Notes: a model not told the origin generated them from the sequence alone. DNA of 63,244 nt, filler included, from Sphacelaria rigidula (GCA_964200075.2; 10 parts of 10 records of this genome joined end to end with filler, not necessarily neighbours in it), one strand, 5' to 3'. Numbered from the whole stretch's first letter, positions 1 through 12,670 are shown. Numbers and translations are program-made.

Positions 1-2189
1 CCAGCTGTGTCCCCTTTACAAGAGGTGCAGGGGGCGTAGAAAAAAAAAAAAAGCAGGAACATAAAAGAATGTAACCCCCCCCCCCCCCCCCCCCAATGGG
101 CGAGGCGTGAGGGTGGGTACGACCGCTTCCAGGAAAAAAAAGCCTCAGATACCTCAGATAGTGGCGATAGTGGGTACAGTATCATATCAAGTGTTGCTGC
201 TGGGACACCCCCATACTGGATCACAACGAAATGCACTTCACGGTAGCACGACCATTTCCTAGATGCCAATCCCCATAGGAATAGGGCTCAGTCCAGGAGT
301 ATTCAAACGAACCGGGTTAAAAACATCCCTCCCTGAACCCCCCCCCCCTCACCGTCTTCCCTCCTAAAAATCGACCAAACTTCAACTTTTGAGGCTATGA
401 TTTCTTGACTTCTCTTGAACAGCGGGGGTCCCGGGTGCATATACGAGAACCTGTTGGTGATCGAGATACGAAGTACATACTTTATTCAACACATGGAGCC
501 CCACAAGAGAGCGTAAAAAAACAACCAGGCAGCGGGTGAATTATTAGCAGAGGGGGGTAAACCACTATGCGCTAAGTCACAACTGGGAAAAGAGCCAACA
601 GGCATCAATGGTCTACTGGTCTATGGTACTCGACGGAATGGAGGATGCGACAGAACAAAATAACCTTCTTCGGTATGTCACAAGACGCGAGCCCTGCTGC
701 ACATCGATTTCCCGAAGAATGCCGCGAAATGTATCGACTATCGAGCCATGAAGTTGCAGAACTCGAAGAGTTTAGTATTGCGGGTGTCTGCGCTGTTGCG
801 AACTCTCACCCATGCCAGAGTGGCCTTACGTAAGTGAAGGAGTCGTCACACGTGGCGCTCGCCGAAGCCACATACCCAAGGAGCGCAGCTGAGAAAGCCC
901 AGGCAATTCATTACTGGCTGAAGGCAAAACATTTCTTTCTCCTAACCAAATACGAATAGATCATAAAATTCGAACTTATTTCATAGCCTCAAAACGGGTG
1001 TTAAAACGCGGCAGAAGGCGCTGTTCTCGTCTTCCGTCAGACATCAAGAGAACGATGCTACACCTTTTTCTAGCCCTACGAATAACCGCCAAGGGCAGGT
1101 AGTTTTCTATTAATGAAATTTCCCATTTCGACATCTGTAAAATGTAATTTCTATTCCAAACACGAACGGATGCACTTCCCTTCTTTTCTATACTAATCCC
1201 TGTGTATAAATTCCACAGATGTTTGACATAAGTATGGCATCGTCTTGATGCCTGACCGAAGCCCACGAAAGCGCGTTTTATTACCTTTGGGCGCTATTTT
1301 GATGCTATGAAATTAGTTCGAATCTTAGATTCTTTTGTTACTTGTTCAGAAGAAAGAAATACTTCGCATGAAGTCAGTGACAATAAATTGTCTGAGCTTC
1401 TCCCAGCTGCGCTCCTTGAAAGCTATCTCAACCTATCTCAGACAAGATTGTTTTGGTCGGCGTTCGACCGCGCGGTCATAAATGAAACGACAAGTAGTCC
1501 ATACGTTACGAGAGCGCCCTTGCTCCTGGTGGAACCATATCTCGCGTCAGGCAAAAGCTTGTGATCAACTCCACAACGTCGAAAATTCAAAGACGCCACC
1601 CCTCCCCACCACCGTACGCATCCACTATACATCACCTAAGACGCACCGCAGCTCACAGATTACAATATGCTAGTCCCCATGTGGGCCACGGCAGCAGCAG
1701 CTAAGTCATCGCCAGAGGTATCTTGTATCACTCTGCATGCCAAGAAAGTCTCCATGGCCGCGGGTTCTCTATTATATTCCCCCAACCCGAATGTATACGA
1801 CTGTTCTTGTAGTGAACCTCTGGCAAAAATTAATGGTAACACTTCGCACACGCCACTGGACATTCGTGGAACGGTCACTGCTCGCGCGTGTGTAATCGAC
1901 AACGGCATAGCGGTGACAGGAACATCGTTCTGTTATTCGACGACGTGCTCTGTAGCGCACAGAGGCACATCCTGTCCAAAAAGAGACATAAATGAACCGA
2001 TCTTGGCACTGGTCATCGGGACAGGCAAGACACGAATGCATCAGTCGAGGTGCGGCAACTCGATTTGGAGAGGGGGGGCTACCCAACTAACCGCCTGCCG
2101 ATGTTATGCCGGCGAAAGGGCTGGAAAATTCGCAAGAAGTACATCAAGGGTAGGTCGAGTAGGGTATGTACTTTTGAGTACTCGAGTAA

Positions 2190-2540
2190 AATACTCAAGT
2201 ATTTACTCTACTCGACGTTTGAGTAGGTCGAGTACGGCCTCAAATACTCTATTCAAACTTTGAGTAGATCGACTACGGCCTCAAATACTCTACCCAATTT
2301 TTGAGTAGGTCGAGTACGACCTTAAATACTCTACTCGAATATTGAGTAAGCATTCTCAGTAATACTTGAATATAGAGTATCACTTGAGTATGACTTCAAT
2401 ACTCTCCTCAAATTCTGAGTAAATCGAGTATGGCCTCAAATACTCTACTCAATTTTTGAGTAGGTTGAGTATGATCTCAAATACTCTACTCAAATATTGA
2501 GTAAGCACGCTCAGTAATACTTGAGTATAGAGTACCCCTT
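2190..2540 (+). repeat. Left subterminal ~41-bp tandem array of the hAT element
   Basis: Units like GAGTAGGTCGAGTACGGCCTCAAATACTCTACTCAAATTTT with internal palindromes TACTC..GAGTA. Confidence 0.85.
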
Positions 2541-3029
2541 GGGTATGGTGAGTACCCCCGACAGTCGGCGACTTCGTGACGTCACTTCACAGACTATGTT
2601 CAGTGCATGGGTGAACGATGGCCATCAATTAGATGGGCGGCGTTACATCACAGCCAACAAGGAGTATGAGCGAATGATGGCCATAAAAAAAGACAAAAAA
2701 TCGTGCAGGTGAACGAACCTACCTGCCCCAGCGCCCCATCTCACCAGCCCCCACCCACGGCAGTTCAAACTCGATTCCTCGCAACGCCTTCGACATCACT
2801 TTCAGTACAGAGCGCTCGTCATCATCATCATCATCGAGTAATCAAGTAGACGAGTAGTCGAGTAGGTATTATCAAAATGAGCGACTCTACTGGCCACATA
2901 GAGGTGATCATGCGTGAGCAACTCTAGGAATACCCAGGTATTTACTCTACCCGAGTTTGAGTATCTCGCGTACGAACTTGAATATTGGAAATGAAGTTAT
3001 AGGTTTTCGGTACATCAGATCCGGCCTCA

Positions 3030-3410
3030 GATAGTCTACTTAAATTTTGAGTAGGTCGAGTACGGCCTCCAATACTCTACTCGAATTTTGAGTACGTTGA
3101 GTACGTCCCTAAATACTCTACTCAAATTTTGAGTAGGTCGAGTACGGCCTCCAATACTCTACTCAATCTTTGAGTACGTCGAGTACGACCTCAAATACTT
3201 AACTCAAATATTTATTAAGCACTTCCAATAATACTTGAGTATAGAGTATCACTTGAGTATGACCCCAATACTCGACTCAACTTTCGAGTAGACTGAGTAT
3301 GATCTCAAATACTCTACTCGAATAATTGAGTAGGTTGAGTACGACCTCAAATACTCTACTCCTACTCAAACTTCGAGTACTAAAAGTATGACTCTTAAAA
3401 AATACTGAGT
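3030..3410 (+). repeat. Right subterminal 41-bp tandem array of the hAT element
   Basis: Unit starts at 3049, 3090, 3131 (41-bp period); same orientation as the left array. Confidence 0.85.
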
Positions 3411-3721
3411 ATTGAGAATACTCTGCTCGACCTTCCCTTGAAGTACATCCCCCGTATGGGGGGAAATAGGGATCCAGTGGCGCCTCACGTGCCTACCGCG
3501 AACAGCAACCGTTGCACGGCCCAGCTCGTGTATGTATTACTGAGTATATTGTATTCCTACTCGTGATAGGAGTATAATATATCCGTTTTATACATGAGAA
3601 TTTTCGTGGAAGCCCAGGAGAACGTTCTGTCGACGTCTCACAGAGCAGCATTCTAGATTTTCCACGAGCTTTCGTGGCCTCACAGGGCTGCATTTCGATC
3701 ATGAGAAATTATAATAGGTTT

Positions 3722-3969
3722 GACACTTTCTGCGATAGCCCCCCCCCAAAAGTGCATGGTTTTGGGAGGCAAAATCTTCACGTAAATCGAAATGGAAAAA
3801 GCTAAGCACAACGAGAAGCTGGGAATTCTCACGCTTGGATTTTTTCTAGCCAATGTCGCCAAAATGAGGCGCTTCATGCAGCCTGGACCCGAACATCAGG
3901 CGCTGTATCGCCATTTTTTTCGTGACACTTTTAGCTGGTTTTGGGGGGGGGGCTATCATAGAAAGTGTC
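3722..3969. mobile_element. 248-bp MITE with 4-bp TSD (Sola-like, family B)
   Basis: TIRs GACACTTTCTGCGATAGCCCCCC / GGGGGGCTATCATAGAAAGTGTC; TSD GTTT at 3718-3721 and 3970-3973. Confidence 0.85.
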
Positions 3970-4777
3970 GTTTGTGCATGCATACATGCACCGCACAGCT
4001 GCCTGCTGCAGCTGTATATGCGGTCCGTCCTACTGTCGCGCCGCGCATAGTGAGTACTTCCTGTTGCTGCATGGTGCGCACGTTTGTTTTTATTCTTATT
4101 TTGTAGTACCCTCACAGGATTGTCGATGAGCTGTCGTGGCCTCACACGGCTGGATTTCGATCACTTGAAAATTAAGAGCACGTTTGTTTTTTCGTCGAGC
4201 CCTGGAGAGATGTGATATGTCTCGACGGGAAGGGGGTATGCTCAGAAGCGGTCAGTACTACTTGGCCTTTGCCGCAGTTCAGCATATGCTATCGTTTGAG
4301 GATTTGAATGCAATTGAGGAATTGCACAGGGTTGGGAAGGTGGACTTCTCACAGTGAGCGTTAATGTTGGCATTAAACGATGTATACGAAAGTTTTTGAG
4401 TAATTCCTCGCTGTCATGCCGCGGCTGGAAGCCAATTCACACGACGAAGCTGCACGATAAATGCACGTACGACACGGGCCTCTGTCTTTACGAGTCATCT
4501 GCAGCCAATGTGACAATGATTATCTCTTCTCTTCACTCGCCACACACTATTTCGCCCTCCGCCATTTTCATGTATAATCAAGTATTTGTTGCGTTCAAAT
4601 AAAACAGTCAGTACGACTGCCGTGCATATCCATCCCCCCTCCTTGTCCCAATACGGATCGTCCTAATCAAGGCGCCGGGAATGAATTGCGCTTTCTTCAA
4701 ATACTCATGCAAAGGATGAGCCTAAGCTTATCATGTCCCAACCTCGCCTAGCTATCACAAGCTTTTCGCGCGTTCAC

Positions 4778-5010
4778 CTGCTCAATGTAGCAATAGTGCA
4801 GTGGAGGTGCTTTGCTTCGTACACATGCAGGGAGGCAGGGTCAATCGTCCGCATTTCCGCCGCCATGGTCTCGTACATGTCGACATCCGTGCCCCAAGAC
4901 CATCCCACCACCAAAACGAGCCCGGCAGAGGGAGGTCGTTCTCCTTTCTTCAAGGTTGAGGCAAAGGGATCAATGAGGTATTCGTGTGGTGAAACTGCTG
5001 TCGATGCCAT
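4778..5010 (-). CDS. Probable first exon of a 2H-phosphoesterase-like (HxT motif) protein
   Basis: ATG at 5010; MASTAVSPHEYL...HVYEAKHLHCTIATLS; ends at AG|GTGAAC donor; LHCT matches the 2H HxT/S motif; no second exon identified. Confidence 0.5.
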
Positions 5011-5255
5011 CTCTCTAGCACACTTCAATATGTGCTACGGAGAAGTTTGTTCTGCGATGGCACACTTTCAGTGACTGAACCATGGAACTGTTGTGGGGCG
5101 CAGGGTCGGGTCCAGATGATGATCCGTTGCGAAACGAATCTCGGCGGGATTCAACAGGCACCGATTGCCCCGCTGTTGGGTATCATACCTACCAAAAACC
5201 AAAGATCGCCACGCTTCAAGATGTCCTACAGCGACAGTTAGAGCAGTGGGAAGTG
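5011..5255. promoter_or_regulatory. Putative bidirectional promoter/5'UTR region
   Basis: ~245 bp between two divergent start codons (5010 on -, 5256 on +). Confidence 0.4.
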
Positions 5256-5499
5256 ATGAGTACGGAGGAAGCATCTTACGGAGATATCGCAAGGGATGGT
5301 GACCATAACAGGGCCACCACGCGAGGCCGGGGATCACAGCAACCGGTCTATCGAATCACGCCGCTCAACCGCTTGGCCTTCCCAAAGGGCAAGATGCCAA
5401 TATGCGAGCTGTCCGGCCAGCCGGCAACTGTCGCTTGCACGACACCGACAATCACACTATACTATGCCACGGAAGAGCAGGCAGAGCAGGCTTGGCATG
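5256..5499 (+). CDS. ZMYND12: First coding exon of a ZMYND12/p38-like inner dynein arm protein
   Basis: ITPLNRLAFPKGKMPICELSGQPATVAC..TLYYA..QAEQAWHG resembles the ZMYND12 N-terminus (PLAVPKG..CEVC..TYYC..W); donor G|GTAAGG at 5500; an upstream in-frame ATG at 5082 is an alternative start. Confidence 0.75.
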
Positions 5500-6235
5500 G
5501 TAAGGATACATCTTTTTCTGATGCTTCCGACGTTTTTGAGTCACCAGTGCGGACATAAAACATCATGTCGCCACCATTTTGTAAGGCTAACTTTGACGTT
5601 TATGGTAAGAGCGCGCCCGATCGTGACGAGAAGGAACCAAGCAATACAGCTTGCATGCCCACAACCATCATCACTTTGGGTCCTAACGAGGATTCACAAA
5701 ACCGACTTTCCTAGAAGAGCGGCGATTCTTTCCGCACTGGATGCAGTCGGAAAGAGGTCTGACAATCTCCACGGGCGTGATTAAACACATGGCTGAAACA
5801 CGTTGTTATCCCTACACAACCCAGAATAATAAGCAAACACGGATAGACACCCGCAGCACAAGTAAATCACTCCTGGGGCTAACTCTTGTTCATCTCTACA
5901 CAGAGCTGTTTGTTTCACGGCGATCCGTTCGGTATTGGGAGAGGACCGGCCGTGTGTGTGCCAGAACAGTTTGTTACGATGGAGTCGTTGACCGTTTGTG
6001 AGTGTGTATTTAGTTCCCGCGCCCGTGTAACAGAAGTCATCGTGTCTCATTCAATTCTGGACCGATTTTCCCCCAACCAAAAACGTACTTTTTCATCAAT
6101 AGATACAGCTCGTGCTATTCATTTGTCTATTCTGAGACTCAGTGTTATTCCTTTTCAATAATATGGAGGCGGTATTTTTGGAGATTAGGTGCCCTAACAC
6201 AGTACACCAGGCGTCTGATGATACTGAAACTTGAC

Positions 6236-6335
6236 NNNNNNNNNNNNNNNNNNNNNNNNNNNNNNNNNNNNNNNNNNNNTTAATTAATTAANNNNNNNNN
6301 NNNNNNNNNNNNNNNNNNNNNNNNNNNNNNNNNNN
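6236..6335. other. Artificial contig spacer
   Basis: N44-TTAATTAATTAA-N44. Confidence 0.99.
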
Positions 6336-6755
6336 CCCTGCCCCCGTCGCCGCCCCCCCCCCCCCCCCCCCCCCCGGTAGCTCGGCCATTATCACTGCCG
6401 CATTCCACTGCCGGGTCGTACTATCCCACCCGCGGTCGTCCACACTGGTACATCCCGCCGCGCCTGCCATAATCACCGCTGCTGTGTCGCCCCCTCCTTG
6501 GCCTGTTTCCGCCGCCGCGGCAAATTGCCGGGCGAGTCTTGCCTTACAACCCCTTGCGAGACCCCCACCGGCCGCCACTCCTCCTCCACCTTGCCCGCTT
6601 CTAATCGCTGCGGCGCGGGAATTCTGGGTAGCTGTCTCGCCTCTTCCTGACGACAACCGTGCAGGGTGCCGTCGCTGAGACGGACCCGCGTCTGGTGCCC
6701 ACTGCTATCGTCGCCCTCTCCCCTCATTTCCCCTCCAACGCGTTGTCCTGCTCCT

Positions 6756-7005
6756 GAGTCTTGCTACAACAGGGGGTGTGTGTTTGATCCCACGGGAAAA
6801 TGGGCTCAAAAATACTTCAGACAAGCTAACACACTCGCGGTGCGCCGGTATTTGGGTAAAGGCGGTGTCAAGCAGTATGAATGAGCGTTATTTATCGAAA
6901 GCAAGCGTATTTGAACAACCGTTGCTGCTATTAACGAAGATTTCAAGTAGAATTTCGTGGAAGAAAACGGTCCAAAATACCCCCCCCCCTATCGTAGCAT
7001 GACTC
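6756..7005. mobile_element. 250-bp MITE, Sola-like (GAGT termini, family A2)
   Basis: TIRs GAGTCTTGCTACAACAGGGGG / CCCCCTATCGTAGCATGACTC; flanks TCCT / TCCC (4-bp TSD, 1 mismatch). Confidence 0.7.
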
Positions 7006-7097
7006 TCCCGCCACGCACGTAAGTGTGGAACCACTCAGGGCAGGTGGTATTCCGCTCCCATATATTTCAACCAAGGGGCCGTTGTGGTTCTCGACTA

Positions 7098-7580
7098 GTT
7101 TGATTGATCGATTGATTGATTGTCGCACTTTAACTGACCCCCAGGGGTCCAGCCGTGGTCTAGTACTCGCTCGGAAGTACCGCTGGCAAGGTAGCTCCTC
7201 ACGTGTCTGTTGTTTTCTCGAAGCAATGCTTTGGGAGCCCGACTCCCTGGGAAGGGCCGCAGTTGACGTCGGATGTAACTCTCTGACACCCTTTTGAACT
7301 TTGTCCATACTCCCTGGCTGCTCGTGCGACTTGATATTCCCATGGCTTCAGGGTTATCGTATGCCAACACCAATAGCTCGGTCCCGGTGCCGGTCCACTC
7401 AGTGTACACTTTGGCCGCGTGGTAAGTTTCGACTGCTGGATACCTGCCCTCTGTGACGGCCTGAGGAAGTTCCCGATGCGCCTCCACGGCGTAGTCGACC
7501 GCATGACCCTGTGCTACGTAGTGCGGATCTAGCTGTTCGGCATCAGGACAGACAGATTTCATCCACTGTGCCGCGAGACA
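7098..7580 (-). mobile_element. 3' end of an RTE-type LINE
   Basis: Minus strand ends GACCACGGCTGGACCCCTGGGGGTCAG..GTGCGA(CAAT)n, the same motif as the 3' end of the RT-bearing LINE at 41395-42800; 5' boundary approximate. Confidence 0.6.
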
Positions 7581-7956
7581 ATTGTTGGCGTGTCCTAAAC
7601 GTGAGCAACCAGTACGGGGGGAAAGGATCGAAGGGGCAAGGGGGCGGCATGACGGAAAGATTAAGGCGGGTGAAAGAAATCATGTCTAGAACAATCTGTT
7701 CGCGCGGAACCCTCCCTATATATATATATATCTATAAACTTTTCTGGTGCGAAGGCACTAACATGTGACATATTCAATAAAGGTTAGACATTTATGGGCT
7801 AGAACCTGCTAACGCCTCAGGGGCCGTCGTATGGGTCGTCGCATTCCTGTGGTACCGCCGTACCACAGGTCAGTGGTAGCGAGCCCTCTCACCTCCACTT
7901 AAATTAAGGATGCTCAACGGGACGGACGACCCGAGCTTGAAAAGTACACTCTTTTC

Positions 7957-8870
7957 CTACAGGGAAATATTGCGCAACCCCACGATCCCCCTCAAAGCGG
8001 TCAGTTGCTCCTGCGTATACTTGGTATTAGTTTTCGTGCTGGATTTCAACGCCGAGTTCCGGCCTTGACTCTTCGTCGACATGATCGTCAGGTTCTTCGG
8101 CGGGATCGTGTGCATCTTCTGCTTCGTTGCTTCCTTCTTTATCTTGTCGCCCAAGACGTAACACGCAATAGTGTCATCCAACTTCTTCCGCGACACACCG
8201 GAGCACGACAAATCGGCCTCTGCCTGTGGACCGCTGACCAATCGCCCGTCCGGCGCATGCAGGAGTTCCTTACCAGCTGGCGTAATTACAAGGGTGTCGT
8301 GAAGGCTCTGGTACGTCCTTCACATTTGCATCTTAGAAGCACCCCAGTGTTTGCGTCCCAACTGCGAGGCTTAAGGATCTTTCATATCTACGGTTATCGA
8401 TAAGCGGGGGGAATGGGAGAGGGTGTATGCGGGGTTGAAGGTCACTGCTGTAATACGTGAGAGGACCGCGTGCTTAGAGGGCCGCATCGGATTGTGAACA
8501 TCCCTATGGTTAGGGTTATTAGCGCCGGAAAGGAGATCCTTTGCGGGAACGCGTGCGATCGGAACTGAGGGGAAAGCGACTGCCGAAACGGTAGCCACAA
8601 CTGAGGACAGCCAACCTGCTAGCACTCGTTCACATATTCCATGAACATGTAGCAGTAGGCACCACCCTATTCACGATGCGTGACTGCTTCCTTTTGTCAA
8701 CGAGGACAAAAGATATTAGGCAAGATGTGCTGCCATGCAGTTGCAGGAGGCACAAGAGATCAAGCAGTCGTGAAACGGCCATGAGGTAGGGGCGTGCGAT
8801 AGACCCATGGGACGAGGTGAAGATCAACTTGCCAACGATTGAGGTAATGTTGCATTCACATACATATCTC
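7957..8870 (-). pseudogene. Possible decayed transposase-like coding remnant
   Basis: Broken protein-like frames (YQSLHDTLVITPAGKELLHAPDGRLVSGPQAEADL...KMHTIPPKNLTIMST); family not recognised. Confidence 0.25.
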
Positions 8871-9009
8871 TATCGGGCAGTTGAGCTCGCTTCCCGATTC
8901 CCATTCGGTTTTCCACAGCCATCGAAACAAGCCAACAGGGTAGTCCGCGCCCCCGCGGAATGTGCCTAACTTTTCGTGTCCCTTCAAACATTCGCTGAAC
9001 AGAAGCAAG

Positions 9010-9448
9010 AACACGGGATCTTACAAATTGGGGATGGATCTTTTATTGGGGATGAGAAACCCGGAGAATTACAATCTTCGTATCCACACCAAATCTTCGA
9101 AATATGGTTCCATTTCTTCCCCTACTGGTAGCTATTGACAACTGCTACACGCCATCGAAATTTGGATTTCGATCACCGAAATGATGCCTAGGGGAAGAAC
9201 TAATTTTGGAACCATTTTGGCGCCCGTTCGGACACCCGGAATTCCTCAAGTTGGTTTTTCACCTAGGACCCCAACATTTCGGTGATCGAACTCCAAATTT
9301 CGATGGCATGTAGCAGTTGTCAATAGCTATCAGCAGGTGAAGAAATGGAAACATATTTCGAAGATTTGGTGTGGATACAAAGATTTTAATTATCCGGGTT
9401 TCTCATTCCCAATAAAAGATCCATTCACAATTTGTAAGATCCCGTGTT
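9010..9448. mobile_element. Foldback MITE with ~180-bp TIRs
   Basis: AACACGGGATCTTACAAATTG...CAATTTGTAAGATCCCGTGTT; arms are near-complementary; flanking 4-bp direct repeat CAAG at 9006-9009 and 9449-9452. Confidence 0.85.
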
Positions 9449-11904
9449 CAAGGAGTTCAGCGTGGAGGTGGTCACCCATTCGTGCAGGTGGCTGACAGAG
9501 GGCATCACTTTCCGACGCGTCAGATCTCCCCCGCGGTCAGGGCGCAGTCGAAAGACCGGGAGGATGGCTGCTGGACATGTGGTCGAAGCTTTGTAAGTCA
9601 TGACGTCAGGTGGGATGAGTATGTCTCATTGGCTCTTTGGATCAAGCGCACATTGTTTAACACGCTGCTTCCCTCTGACATGCCACTCTCCGAGTCGCCG
9701 TGTCGACGCAAAACTACGCACATCGCTAAGCTGACTTGCACCTATTTCACAAGAAGCAAAACCGAGTATAGGACTGCACGCTTTCGTAGAACAGCGCAAA
9801 CAGCACCTATGTGAGGTAAGACTGGTGATGGATGCGGAGAGTGAGATCTCAACGTGTCGGAATGGCAACGGTAGAAAGCTGCAGCACTACTACACGATAC
9901 AATAAAATTTAAGAAGGATTGATGACGCCACGCGGTCTGGAGGTGGTGATGCAAGGACACAAAATACGTGCGCGTAAAATAGCCCGCCATATGTCGAACC
10001 GCATCTCGTTACCCGCCTCATCTGAGATATTCAATCGCTGATGGGTTCGCCTAGTTTGCCTGAACACTAGGGTGTGCATACTATATTTACAAGCAGCTCT
10101 GTAACTTAGTACAGCCGGGGCGCAGCCGTAGGAGCAGAGCGTGGTGATGGTGCCAGAGTAGCAGAAGTGACTAGACCAGCAAGCAAGGCAGAGCCAGCAA
10201 GTGCCAAGGTGTGGCGATGGCTTCCAGTCAAGCTCAGTATTTCGCCACAAGAATGACATAAACGAACGCGAAACAACGCGTCACGGAACCCAGGGTCTAC
10301 GAGCAGACCCGCACACCGTGATATCTTGCAACGCCACTGAGTTTCATCACACTAGCCCACCCTAGACAAGTCCTTATGCAGTTAAATCAACATTACCTCG
10401 GCACAATGTAATTGCGCCAAGAAATCTCAAACTCCAACGAGAAAAGCCTCTTCCACACTACACTCGTACGCAAGCATGAAGCGAAGGAAACAAATGAATA
10501 CTCAATTCTCTCCCCCATCTCCATGGGCAAGCAGCGCTGCGACCCGTCACATCAAACGTTCATTACACAAAAAGAAAACGTCGTATCTACGTGACACTCA
10601 CAACTTATGCTGAACAAGAAAACTAAAACGCAAGTTCATCCACAAAGTGAAGCACTAGATGGTACGCACGCGTAGGCTCAATCTACCAACGGAACAAGGA
10701 CGGAACGCCAAACAATCCGGGAACAAGGGGGGAGACGCAGTTGCGGTGTAGCATCGCGACAACTGCTCTGGTCGGACGCAGATCCAAGTGAGCTCCACGT
10801 CTTTGTCCGACTCCGTCCCGACACATCCGTCGCGTATAGCGAGAGGCACACCGCTCGTTTCCGTGGCAAGGCGTTTGAAGCATCAAACCTGCCTTGAAAA
10901 AGGTGTGCGACGTGAAGTACGGTGCGGTAAAGGGGAAACTACCCAGCAACAGGGAGATAAAAGGGGGGGTTGCAGCCCAAGTTCAGGTTTGGTGTGCTCG
11001 AAGTGCGAAATTCAAAACCTCTGCGCGAGTGGGCACGAGCCCACCCAAGACGACCCTGAGGGCAAGAAGCCAAGGGTCGTTGGTGAGAATTTTTCGTTCA
11101 GCGCAGCGGATCATCCATCGCGTGTGATGAGCAAAAGTTAGTGTCAGACAAAAAGAGCCTTCGTCAGAACGCAATATCCAACTCAAAGCAATCGTCCGGC
11201 GAGAATACGGCCTACAGCAAGCGCGGTACATTGGCAATGTGTGGTAACTCTGGACTACGAGCAACGAAACGATGCAAGAGAACACACCCCGCTCCACGGG
11301 ATAGGGGTAGAACAATCGAACGAACACATCCGGATCAATAGTCGAGACGCAGTGACTCAACTCGACCTGAAACAGTCGTCGGGCATGCATGCAGCCTACA
11401 ACAAGGGCGGTATAGTTAGGAGTACACGGTGTGAACAAGGACCCGTGCAACAAGACGATGTGAGGGAGTACGCCCGTGCGGCGAGCTTTCTTGGCTGGCA
11501 GCAGGGGGTTGAGCAGTGACAACAACAAAAACATCAGGAGAACGAGTCATCAAAATTCCAAACATATGAGAGGCTGGGTTAAATCTACAGTCCTCTCATC
11601 GCGTGATAAACTCGAAGACGAAAACAAAAAGACTAAACGCTCAGGGGACACAGACAGCAATGCGACAGCGACAAGAAATGTGACTACGGGTACTATAAAC
11701 GCAGTCACCAAGAAGGCGAACCTAATACAAAGGGACACGGTACCAAAACCGGTGAGGGGCTACGACCCAGCAAAGGGGAGGTGGTCCATTCGTATACGAT
11801 TGTATCGCTATTATGTGCATAATAAGGACTGGACGGAAACAAGACTCCACAACAAGGTACGGCAGAAGCAGTGTACCAGAGTGCCAGCGGCAACCAACAA
11901 TTAA

Positions 11905-11985
11905 GCACGAACCCAAGCGTGAGAATTCCCAGTTTCTCGTTGTGCTCGGCTTTTCCCATTTCGATTTAGGTGAAGAATTGTGTGG
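11905..11985 (-). repeat. Internal fragment of MITE family B
   Basis: Reverse complement of ~3775-3840 (AAATCGAAATGG..GCACAACGAGAA.CTGGGAATTCTCACGCTTGG). Confidence 0.75.
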
Positions 11986-12570
11986 ATGAACGAATGCAAC
12001 GACATGCGGTTGATCGTAGAGTACTCTCGTCTCTCCTCCCAAGGTGTGATAATCCATGACCTCCTGACATCGGACTAATTATTACTTGTGGGAAGCTACT
12101 TGTACTGTACCGAGCTGTCCACGCGACCAGCGTGTGCTGCACATTGTCTATACGCCACGCTAGCAACAGTTAGGTCACCACCATAGGTATCTTTTTTCAC
12201 TCCGCATGTCAAAAACGTCTCTCTTGTACACCCCCCTCAACTGGCGTGTGGCAGGCCCTTCTGCTCGGGCGCCCGGCTGGGGGGGGTCGACGAAAATCAA
12301 CGATGAATAACACCCCCTAACTTGAAATTGATATATGATATATCTGTTATTGCCGCAGCACCGCCCTTCCTGGCATGTGTGTGACAGAGAACAGTAGTAG
12401 CGGTGACGGGAACATTGCCCTATTTTTCAACGACATGTTTATCAGCGCACGGAGGCGCGTCCTGTCCAAAAGGAGAGGCAGAGACAAATCGATCTTCGCG
12501 TTGGCGACAGGCAAGAAGAGACGACGGAATCTCTCCGCACGTCGATATTCTGGCACATGAAGAATTCGGC

Positions 12571-12670
12571 NNNNNNNNNNNNNNNNNNNNNNNNNNNNNN
12601 NNNNNNNNNNNNNNTTAATTAATTAANNNNNNNNNNNNNNNNNNNNNNNNNNNNNNNNNNNNNNNNNNNN
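12571..12670. other. Artificial contig spacer
   Basis: N44-TTAATTAATTAA-N44. Confidence 0.99.

Larger units (their letters stand above)
2145..3440. mobile_element. Non-autonomous hAT-type DNA transposon (1296 bp)
   Basis: TIRs CAAGGGTAGGTCGAGTAG / CTGCTCGACCTTCCCTTG; perfect 8-bp TSD AAGTACAT at 2137-2144 and 3441-3448; subterminal tandem repeats. Confidence 0.9.

Noticed and set aside
645..2140. Overlapping short ORFs in contig 1
   Set aside because: No motifs or convincing splice structure; consistent with chance ORFs at roughly 50% GC
2190..3410. 41-bp palindromic repeats resembling a CRISPR array
   Set aside because: No unique spacers and no cas genes; the repeats lie inside a TIR/TSD-bounded hAT element
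6280..6291. Regularly spaced TTAATTAATTAA motif
   Set aside because: All-frame stop linker embedded in N runs; an assembly artefact
6336..6750. GC-rich Gly/Ala ORF at the contig start
   Set aside because: Low complexity, truncated, no recognisable domain
10640..11900. Cys-containing ORF fragments as a transposase
   Set aside because: No catalytic motif recognisable; cannot be supported
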